Below are positions 12,797 to 24,539 of a stretch of DNA of 64,000 bases, in pieces. This DNA comes from Lama guanicoe (Eukaryota). Below the pieces are notes generated by a model. It was not told where the DNA came from. It saw only the letters and a program-made list of their open reading frames with translations, and did no database searches. Within the stretch, counting starts at the first letter, position 1. Every line of letters begins with the position of its first letter. The position numbers were made by a program, and so were the translations under genes. The stretch covers positions 2,046,001-2,110,000 of the forward strand of contig MU053881.1 in NCBI GenBank assembly GCA_013239625.1. Direction: 5' to 3'.

Positions 12797-15700
12797 ATGG
12801 AACCCGTGGCGAGCAACATCCAGGTCCTGTTGCAGGCAGCCGAGTTCCTGGAGCGCCGTGAGAGAGGTGAGGAAGAACCCTTGGTCAGACTCCAGGAGGC
12901 CACCTCCCTGACACGGGCCTGGGCTGGACTTGGCTTCCAACTTGAAGGATGCATGGCCTTAGGGCAGTAGTCCTGGGGCACCCCCGCCCTCAACTCGAGA
13001 ACGGTCCGCGGGCATTGAGGCTGGAGGGGTTGGGGAAATGTCCCTGGCGCCGAAAGCCCCTCCCTAGCCGGGCCATGCCAGGGGCGCCCGCTGGGAATAG
13101 CCCCAGCCTGACGCGGGCGGGGTCTCTCTCTGGCAGAGGCCGAGCATGGCTACGCGTCTCTGTGCCCGCACCGAAGTCCGGGCCCGGTCCACAGGAGGAG
13201 GAAGCGATCCCCCCAAGCTCCTGGCGCGCTGGACAGTGGGCGGTGAGGAGGGCTGGGACAGTGCGGGATGGGGGGGATGGGCGCCGTCCCTCCTGGGGCC
13301 CCTCCACTGCCCACTTCCTCCTTGTTGCTTGCATCTTCTGGACCAGGTACCCTGCTCTGGAGGCATTCAGACCCCTCCTGCCTTTTCCCCAACCTCAAAC
13401 ACACTCTTCGTTCAAGGACTATTTCTTGAGTACCCCTGATGTGTTCGGAATGGGGGCCTGCTTCCACTCACACTTCTACACTCCACATCTCAGACCACTC
13501 GCTTTACCCCACAGCTGTCTGCAATTCTCTCCTCTTCTCAACCCTTTGCACATGCTGTTCCTCCCAGTTTGAGCGCCTCCCCCTCTACTATCCATTTTGG
13601 GTAACTTGTGTTGCTGGGCTCAGATGAACCTGTGTCCAGGAAGCCCTTCCTGCTTGCTGCTGGGCACCTCGTTTGGACCCCACAGTCACCTGGGCAAGGC
13701 CTCTCTCAGCATTTGGCCCCCTTAACATCTCTGCCTCTGCCTGGAGACTTGGGCCCCTAAGGCCAACACAAGTTCCCCAGCGTGGGCTAGTTTGGGGCAC
13801 ATGTTTGTAGTGAATTTTGAGCCCCTGGGAGCCCTGAGATTGAGGGTGTGGGCATTTAGTGACACCCCCCTCACCCCATCCTCCCTGGCTTGGCAGGTCT
13901 GTGCACAACGAACTGGAGAAGCGTAGGTGAGTCCTTACCTTGCCCTGACAGCACCAGGCCCCAAGAACCACCTTCCTTTGGCCTTCTCTTCCCTGCTGTC
14001 CCCTGTCTGGCCAGCAAGCCTGGGCTGGCACTGCCCTCTAGACCCCTTCCCCTGCAGGAGGGCCCAGCTGAAGAGGTGCCTGGAGCAGCTGAAGCAGCAA
14101 ATGCCCCTGGGGGCTGACTGTGCCCGATACACCACACTGAGCCTTCTGCGCAGGGCCAGGATGCACATCCAGGTAAGGTGCTACCCCGGCGCCCTGGGGC
14201 CAGCTTGCCAGGATGCATGTAGGAGGGGTAGTATAGAGGGGCTGGGTGGAACTGGGGAGCGAGATCTGAGGTCATAGCCAAACTGTGTGACATGGGACAG
14301 TTCTCTGTGCTTTTAGTTTCCAAATTTGTTAAGTAGGAAGAAAAGCAGAAAATAACTCAGGATTGTTCTGAGGCTTAAGAGAGTTCTTTGGTGGGGGAAG
14401 GTATAGCTCAGTGGTAGAGCGCATACTTAGCACGCACGAAGTCCTGGGTTCAATTCCCAGTACCGCCGCTAAAATAAATAAATAAATAAAACCCGAATTA
14501 CCTCCTCTCCAAAAAATAGGTTTTTTTTAAAAGTTCTTCCAGTAAATGTTCTCTTGTACATTGCACAGTGAACAATTATGAACAATTAAACTTTAAACAA
14601 TAAATGTTCATAATGTACAGAGATTATTAATTACTTCGATCCCAACTGTGAGACCCTGGGCAAGTCACATAGCCTCTTTGGACTTCATTTCCTCCTCTGT
14701 TACGGGGTGGGCATGGCTGTTGAAAAGAGTCTGTGACAGGATGAGTCATAAGTAAGGGTCTCTTGGACTGCAGAGGACTGGTTCTTTCTTCCTCTGTGCC
14801 TTCAAGGCCTCCTGTTCTGGGCGGTCTGTTCTGACTCTGCTTTGGGAGACATGAGGGAAGCTGGGAGAAAACACCAATGACCCCCCCCCCCAGGCCCTTG
14901 CTGCTGCCGGGGCTGAGCTCAGCACCCCCTGGTGGACGGGAGTGGAGTGTGCTGACTCCAGCACAAGGCGGCCCCACAGAGTGGGGATTAGATGCACCTT
15001 GGAACCAACAGAGGCATTTTCCTGGCCTTTTGACAGAGGAAGAAATGGAGGCACAGCTGGGCTGATGAGAGGCCGATTCAGAGCCCAGGTCTAGGTTTCC
15101 TGACTTGCATTCTTTTTGTTTGTTTGTTTTTGGAGTGGGGTGTAATTAGGTTTATTTATGTATTTATTAATTTTGGGGGGGTGGAGGAGGTAATTAGTTT
15201 ATTTCTAAATGGAGGTACTGGGGTTTGAACCCAGGACCTTGTGATGCTAAGCATGCACTCTAGCACTGAGCTCTACCCTTTTTTTGCAATCTTTTCTTCA
15301 ACTAGTGAGCGCCTGCTCTGCCAGACCCTGTTCTAGGCACAGGGCGCTGTGGCAGAGACAGATGGATGTGCCAGGCAGCAAATACGTCGTGATGTGGGAA
15401 CTGTCCACAGTCACATAGGTGCCTGTGTTCCCTTCATTGTGGCTGAATCACACCCTGGCTGGATAGTGGGCTCCAGTTTCTCACATGGAGTTTGCCTGGT
15501 TTGGTTCTCAGAGGGAAGATGTGTGCCCTTGGGTGCTGCCTGGCTATGGGCAGAGGACCTAGGGATTGAAGCCCTGCCACCCCTCTCCTGGACTCCCTGC
15601 TTCCTGTTTTGCCTCCACCTGGCTGTCCTCCACCTTGCCCTAGAATGTTCTTTGCAGCACATAGATCTGTCCGGGTCTACCTCCTGCTGAAAACCTTTCA

Positions 15701-16996
15701 TGGCTCCTGACAGGACAGGTTCAGTTTCTTACTCCCTGTGAAACTCAAGGCCCTTCACAACGTGGGCTTTACCACTGGCATGCTTTTTTGGTCACGTCCT
15801 TTCCACAGTCCCGCCCAAAAAAGCTGAGCTTCTGATGCTCTTCCCAGTTTCCCTCGGCCTGGATGCTCCCTCCTCCCTTGCTTAGGCCGCTCCTACCCAT
15901 CCGTCTACCCCCGGTCCGAACGCCCCCTCACCCAGTTCTCCCCTTCTTGCTGACTGAATGTGGGCTCTGTCCACTGAGCGCCCTGGTGGGAGAAACCCGG
16001 CCCTGCGGCCCCTGGAGCTCAGGGCCGGCAGCGCGGGGGTGGGGGCGGGGTTAACGCTGAAGCCTCAGGGCCCCGGGAGGGTCTCAGTGAGGAGTTAAGA
16101 GGCTGGTAGGCTTTGATTGGTCTGTAGCTTTCTAAAAATTTAAATTAGCTGGCACCACTTAAAAGGACATTTGACATGAAAAAAAAAAAAACTGATTTTC
16201 CTGCTTCTTTTTAAAAAATTGGGAGATCTGGCAGCTCTGGGCCTGTTTCCACGTGGCAGTAATTGGCTGGCACCTGCAGCGGCCGCCTCCCCGGGCCTTG
16301 GTGTGCACTCACGGTGTGCCAGGCGCCCCGTCCCTGCTGCCTGGCACAGCACACCCCACGCCTTCACAGCACTTGTCTGGGCACCGAAGGCCTCGAGGTG
16401 GTGGTGCCCTCCCCTCACCCCCCCATCTAGCAGGACTTGGGCCATTTGCAGGGGACAGGAGGGCGGGAGGGCCGGCTTCCTGCGGGATGTGGGAGCAGCC
16501 CTCTGGGGCCCAGATCTAGTGAGCCCCTCTCTGGAGCGGGCAGTCTGCTGTCGAGCGGTGTCAGGGCGAGGCCTGAGCCCCAGGTAGCTGACCCCAGCCC
16601 CTTGCTCCCCTGGGGTCTGCAGAAGCTGGAGGAGCAGGAGCAGCGGGCCCGGCGGCTCAAGGAGAAGCTGCGCAGCAAGCAGCAGAGCCTGCGGCGGCAG
16701 CTGGAGCAGCTCCGGGGGCCGGCGGGGCCTGGTGAGCGAGAGCGGCCGCGGGCCGACAGCCTGGACTCCTCGGGCCTCTCCTCCGAGCGCTCCGACTCGG
16801 ACCAAGGTAAGTGCCCAGCGGCTGAGGGGCCCAGGGGGCCAGGGGGCCCGGGTCTCCTGACTGGCCCCCTCCCTGCGCAGAGGAGCTGGAGGTGGACGTG
16901 GAGAGCCTGGTGTTCGGGGGCGAGGCCGAGCTGCTGCGGGGCTTCAGTGCGGGCCAGGAGCACAGCTACTCACACGGCGCCGGCGCCTGGCTATGA
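12797..16996 (+). CDS. MXD3: MAX dimerization protein 3 (bHLH-ZIP repressor with SID); exons 12797-12866, 13137-13242, 13897-13926, 14058-14172, 16623-16806, 16881-16996; 206 aa
   Basis: Splices to [32 protein letters not shown]...[29 protein letters not shown]...[10 protein letters not shown]...[13 protein letters not shown]...GAWL*; 621 nt, all GT-AG. Confidence 0.97.
14390..14516 (+). mobile_element. tRNA-Ala-derived SINE in MXD3 intron 4
   Basis: GGTATAGCTCAGTGGTAGAGCGC...GGGTTCAATTCCCAGTACC with intact A and B boxes, (AAAT)n tail, AGTTCTT on both flanks. Confidence 0.9.
15113..15278 (-). mobile_element. tRNA-Ala-derived SINE in MXD3 intron 4 (duplicated tail)
   Basis: Reverse copy; TSD-like TTGCATTCTTT / TTGCAATCTTT. 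Confidence 0.85.
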
Positions 16997-17354
16997 CCCC
17001 CGTCACCCAGAGCGGCCTCTGCCCTCAGACTGCCCTCCGCTCCGCCAGGCCGGAGCCGTCCCCCAGCCCCCGGGGCTGCTCGGAGTCACCTCCCGTTGGA
17101 ATGGACTACAAGGACCTTGTGTGGGAACAGGGCGCCCCCTACCGCGCTGGCGGCACCCCTCCTAGAAGGGGCGCCGGGCCTCCCCGGAGCCCTGCAGGGC
17201 AGGCAGCTTGGGCCCAGGCTGCCGTTCCCGGTCTTTGGTTTTTTGTAGCACTTGGGTCTGCCTTCCTCCGGGGCAGGAAGCCTCTTGGGCCCTCACGTTC
17301 CTTCCTAAATGAGGGCTCCCGGCCTTTGCCCCCCGTGTACTGTACAGTATTTTC

Positions 17355-17360
17355 ATTAAA
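17355..17360 (+). terminator. MXD3: MXD3 polyadenylation signal (ATTAAA)
   Basis: ATTAAA ~360 nt after the stop, preceded by two TGTA elements and followed by T-rich sequence. Confidence 0.65.
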
Positions 17361-17569
17361 AGCCTCTTTCTTAACTTCCTGTCCATGGCCTTGGCTGATG
17401 AAAATGGGGGAACTCCCGGCCACAGACAAACGAGAGGAAATGAGATCCGCAGCTGCCACAGACGCCGCGCCGCGCCGGGCAGTGCGCCGCCTTCCTCCCA
17501 GCAGCGCGGAGGACGCCTGCCCCGCTTCGCGGTGGGACTGGGGCTGAGTGAGGGGACCGGCCCGAGGTC

Positions 17570-17750
17570 CAAAGCCAGGAAACAGTGGAGTCAAGATTCG
17601 AACCAAAGCTTTCTGACTCCAGAGCTGGAGCTGATTGAATTCAACAAGTATTTATTGAGTGCCTGTTACGTACTAGATTTTGTTCCAGGTACTTGGGACA
17701 CATCAGAGGATAAAACAAAAGTCCCTGCCCTCTTGGAGCTTACAGTCTAG
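17570..17750. mobile_element. MIR fragment followed by an L2 3' fragment (L2 on minus strand)
   Basis: GATTCGAACC...TCTGACTCCAGAGC then TTCAACAAGTATTTATTGAGTGCC...CCCTGCCCTCTTGGAGCTTACAGTCTAG. Confidence 0.65.
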
Positions 17751-17907
17751 CGTTTATGACCACGTCACCTGGATGCTGTGACCCTGGGCAAGTCAACAAG
17801 CAGGCCCGGCTGGGACGTGGGTCACTGGCCTGGTGCACTGGAGATGCCCAACAGGACACCCACCTCCAGCCCACCACCCAGACAGCAGGTGGGGCTGGAA
17901 GCTGACT

Positions 17908-17913
17908 TTTAAT
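17908..17913 (-). terminator. PRELID1: PRELID1 proximal polyadenylation signal (ATTAAA)
   Basis: Plus-strand TTTAAT ~80 nt after the PRELID1 stop, with TGTA upstream on the minus strand. Confidence 0.6.
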
Positions 17914-17990
17914 AATAAAGTACAAGGGGGGAGGGCACAGGGCGGGCGGGTGGCCTGCTGTGCTGGCGCCTGGGCCTGGGCCTGGGCGGG

Positions 17991-20849
17991 CTACACAAAC
18001 TGCTGCTGCTGCTGCTGCTTCTTGGTGGCGGCCTTGTTGGCAAGGTCCTTGGCCTTCTCTGTAGCTGCCAGGGCCGTCTCCTTGGCCTTCTCCTTGGCTT
18101 CCTTGGCTGTTTCAACAAGGGTTTTGGGAGGGGCCTCACCTGGAGCAAAGGGTGGGGGGCTGGTTTCAGAGAATGCCAAGAAGACCCAGCTAATCACCCC
18201 CTAGGCAGTCACCCACTGTGGGCCAGGCCCTGAAGGAAATACCCAGGTACAGAGGAGTTGTGGACGGGCTTGCACTGGGGTGGTGACAGCCCCAGGCTCC
18301 AGCCAGCAGCTAGGACTTGACCCTGGCCTCTGTCTGTACCCAGAGCCCTCACCTTGCAGCTTGGCCAAGATGTATTCAAAACCCTTCATAGTCTTGGTCA
18401 CGTTGCTTTTGAACCGGGCGAGACCAAATTCCTGGCAAAAGATGAGAAGGGGAAGGATTTTGAGCTGCCCACTGACCACTAGCCCCGACCCTGTGCCATA
18501 TGCCTTGGGCCCCCATACCCCTACAACATTGCTCACCTGGACAGCTCTGGAGACGCCAAATAAGTTAGAGGAGACCCAGGCTTCCCGGCGGATTTCGGTC
18601 CAGCCACTGTTATCAGAGTTCACACGGTAAACACATCGTTCCTCCACCATCTGTGCAGGCAGACAGGCCAACCATAAGCATATGAGTCTTTCAATTTGCC
18701 TCCTTGCACATCAATTTGATCCCCTGCCTCTTTTCACGAGGGGAAGCAATAAAATGCAAACCTATTCCCTTCCCTTAGTGAATTTCCAAGCTGTACTTGA
18801 GGAAGAGAGTAATAACATTAAAAGTCAGTTTGCTCTCTAAAAACCTCTCCTTTGACCCTTCAAACTAAAAGGCACATGGACTCTTGGGAGCAGCAGAGGA
18901 CCTTCCAGCTCCATCCTGGCCCTGGATTTTGTTTTGTACCTTTACATCTAAGACATGCGTGGTATTTTTAGCCTGCCTTCCACACATGTTGGCCCTTGAG
19001 CTTCCTGCAGTTCAAATAAAAATGGAAATATAACGATCACCACAGCTCTCGTTATCAGAGAGGAGAAAGTGGACCAAGAGGAACACTTAAAAGGCAGGCA
19101 TCACAGGGGCACTGGAAGAGATTTCTCACAGCTGCAGATCTCGGTAATTTACAAAACACAGGTAGTGCCTCAGGGCAGCAGCTGTGAGGTCCTCAGATAA
19201 CTCTGGGGCAAAGCATTAAGGTGCCTACTCACTCTGAACTTCACTTTCCTCTTTGCAGGACAGAGAGTAATTACCCAACTACCCTTGTTACTGTGAAGAT
19301 TAGCTGAGAAAGAGCATGAGTTCTCTGAAAGCTTTCTTTCAAGCTATTCACATGTGAGAAGATATTGCAGAATGTTCCTGAAACTAAACTATGGGCTTTC
19401 AAACTTTTTAAAGGCAAGAAATCAAAGCTATGTGGAACCCCTTTCCACCCAAACCTCAGGCAGAAATCCATTACACAAGGCAGATAAGACTCCTCTAGAT
19501 AATGTGGGATCAGGGGCCCAGATCCACTCCCCTCTGATGCACATCCAAGGCACCCTTATGGCTCGATGGATTCCTGTCCCAAAATCACCACTTCCCTCCC
19601 TCAGCATCATTCCTGTGGCCCAGCCTACACAAATGCCAGGTGAGTGCTTTGCATTCATCACTTGCAACAACTCTATAAATAAACAGGTAACCCTCCTCCA
19701 ATGTATGAATGAGTCTAAAGAAGCTGACCAGCTAAAAAGACCATCTAAGTTTGTACTCTAGAGTCATCACTCCTCTGTAACCTGGATCTGCTTGGATAGT
19801 AAAAGCTCCTTTGTGGCCCCCTAGACACATGTAGCTGGAGCGATCTACTTTTGGGAGGGCCAAGAGAGGGGTCTCACCATCAGCCGGGCGTGGTTGATGT
19901 TCCAGGTGAAGGTGGTCATGGTCTGGTTCTGTGGGTCCACAATAGAATCCTCCAGGATGTACACTGAGTGAGCAACATTGGCAGGAAACAGTCGCTCAGC
20001 CCAGCGGGGCATCCTGTTCGTCTTGGTCAGGAGTCGCCGGGACAGGAGCTTCTGGTCAGGGGTCACCTCCCGGTGCACTATGTCTTCCGTCAAGACATGT
20101 TTGCTGCAGGTGTCAGAGTGAAGGTGACCCTCAGGAGCCTGGCCCGTAGAGACTGTTGGGATTCTCACCTGGAGCCTCCAGGCCCAGAATGGCCATGCCT
20201 TCCTCCAAACTCGCAGTCATCTGTGCTGTGGCTTCGACCTGAACTAGAGTCCCTCGAGCCTATCCCAGGGCAAATTCCAATTTCCGCCCTTGGCTGACCT
20301 GGATTCCTGGGCCTTCCAGCAGGGCAAGACCTCATGATTTATTACACCACTGGAGAGCGTCACGGGCAGAAAAGTAGGCAAGCGCATGGATTTCCAACCC
20401 CAAGATCCCCTCGCAACTGCTGTACCGCCACCTCTTCCAAGAGAAGTAGGCAAGCGCATGGATTTCCAACCCCAAGATCCCTCCACAACTCCTGTGCCGC
20501 CGCCTCTTCCTGTCTCACCAGCCTGAGATGAACCTTGAACCAGGGCCACCAGCAAACCACTGCCCAGGCCCAGCCTCCTTCCAATATCTTGCATGCCTAG
20601 CCTGGCCGCTTCCCCAAAAGGGTCCTCTTGCCCTAAACACACGGTCGCCACGGTTCCGGCGACTCCCCCACCTCGGACCCGAAGTCGAGTATTTCCCGGT
20701 CCCACACTTCTATCTCCAAACAGAGGTGGGACGGTTGCTCCTTCCAGGGCCACATACCTATAGGGATTCGGGTACCGCTGCCAAAAGGCGGCGAATACTT
20801 GGTCCCAGGAACTCCGGAGCACGCTCTGGCCCAGGAAATACTTCACCAT
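17991..20849 (-). CDS. PRELID1: PRELI domain-containing protein 1 (mitochondrial intermembrane lipid transfer); exons 20849-20758, 20103-19878, 18650-18537, 18431-18353, 18139-17991; 219 aa
   Basis: Splices to MVKYFLGQSVLRSSWDQVFAAFWQRYPNPYSKHVLTEDIVHREV...EFGLARFKSNVTKTMKGFEYILAKLQGEAPPKTLVETAKEAKEKAKE...KKQQQQQQFV*; 660 nt, GT-AG. Confidence 0.97.
20372..20510. repeat. 72-bp tandem duplication in PRELID1 intron 1
   Basis: AAGTAGGCAAGCGCATGGATTTCCAACCCCAAGATCCC starts at 20372 and again at 20444. Confidence 0.95.
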
Positions 20850-23026
<2,177 letters not shown>

Positions 23027-23294
23027 GTCACCACTCACCTGGCCTGGGGGAATTAAAGGAATTCCCCCAGAGAGGCTGGACGTACCTCTTACCTGGGTTT
23101 GGGTGATCAAACATCTGAGCTACCCCTGGTCCCCATGGCAGCAGAGGTGGCACCTGCCTGTGCTGGCCCATGGAACGGAGGCAGCATTGGGCTGACTGAT
23201 GGGCACAAGGAGGGTAAGGGCTGATTTGGACCCCAGGCTTCTGCCCTGGACAGCACTTGTGTCTGCAGATTATTTAAGTGGTTTCTGATTTGTA

Positions 23295-23300
23295 AATAAA
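23295..23300 (+). terminator. RAB24: RAB24 polyadenylation signal (AATAAA)
   Basis: AATAAA ~270 nt after the stop, with GT-rich sequence downstream. Confidence 0.75.
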
Positions 23301-24539
23301 ATCACTGCACTGTGAATCACTCAGCCCCTTTCCCTGCTGTGTGGATTGGGTGTCAAGACACCTAGTACTTTCTGGGGCCACCTGGCTGGCCTCCCTTCCT
23401 GTATTAAGGCTCTTTCCAGCTCTACTTTTCTTTGAAAACCAAGTAGCTTCACCCCAGGGTTGCAGCTGAGATAATGAAGAAACAAAAGGGACCTTTCCCC
23501 ATTCTTTAGTGGGGGCAAAGATAGGGCAAGAAGCTGGGGCTGGGGCAGTGCAAAGCTCCCAATTACTTCTTGGTGCTAAGAAGAGCAAGGAAAGCACTGA
23601 AGTGGTATCCAGAGATCAGAGGGTCAAGCTCTTTTACCTCAGACTGGCTGGCTCTACTGCATCTCTGTCATGTCTAGGTCCATGAGTCATGCCTGTGGCT
23701 CAGATCCTAAGCTTCCCAGCAGCACCCTGCAGTGTGGCTTAATAGAAAAAATCATAGGTTCTGCAAGACTTATAAAGGTCTGACAGATCTACATTAGGAT
23801 CCAACTGAACTACTTACAAAAGGTACCTTAAACTTGGCCTGAGTTTCTCATCTGTAAAACAAGGTGACAACTACCCAGGACTGTGAAGATCATGAGTGAA
23901 AAGTAACCGTAGGACTAAATGCTTGTCTTCCCATACTCTTCCCTGGGGCAAGAAGTTCAGGCCTGGGTCACAAGGGGAAGCAGACTCCCAGGATTCCTGA
24001 AAGTGTATTTCTGAGTCTCAGAGGTCCTGATATTCCTGAAAGATCAGACGTTCCTGTTCAACCAAAAGGGAAGCATTAGACAGCCCTTTCTGCCATGGGA
24101 GGCTCAGCTCCTTTGCCTCTGCTTTCCCATTTTAGGCCTGGGCTGGGTCCTCTGCGATGCTCAGCACCTGCCTCTGAAAAAACTAAAAACTTGGTCAAGA
24201 TGGTCAGACTCACACCCAGAAAGTGCTTTGGTTCCACTTCCTTTTAAAAAACCAATTCCTCAAAATACTCTTCCTTAGTGGGTAATGGAGGCTTCCTGTG
24301 TAGGGACTGAAACTGACACCAGCCACTCCCAAAAGCAGCAGAAAGACATTTCAGCAGCTGTGGCTGTGGCGGGAAACACACCGCACTCCCACAAAGTGCT
24401 TGGAGGAAGGGCTCAGCTCCAGCGTGTCCCCACCTGGGAACTATCTCAGGGGCTGGCTTCTGCTCTCACCCCAAACCCATCCTCCCTCCTGTTAGGCTAC
24501 ATCTCCCCAGGAAAACAAAACAAAACACAGGGCAAGGGC

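Noticed and set aside
12385..13572. 202-aa and 207-aa ORFs over the MXD3 promoter and first exons
   Set aside because: CpG-island sequence is poor in stop codons; low-complexity translations
14390..14470. Possible functional tRNA-Ala(AGC) gene
   Set aside because: Acceptor stem is broken, followed by the SINE tail and TSD, with eight other copies in the window
15062..15090. CTGATGAGAGGCCGA resembling a hammerhead ribozyme core
   Set aside because: No stem II closure or GAAA strand follows; the same applies to CTGATGA near 34308 and 48091
16140..16963. Long minus-strand ORFs (221 aa, 178 aa)
   Set aside because: Antisense shadows of GC-rich MXD3 exons 5-6; no recognisable domain
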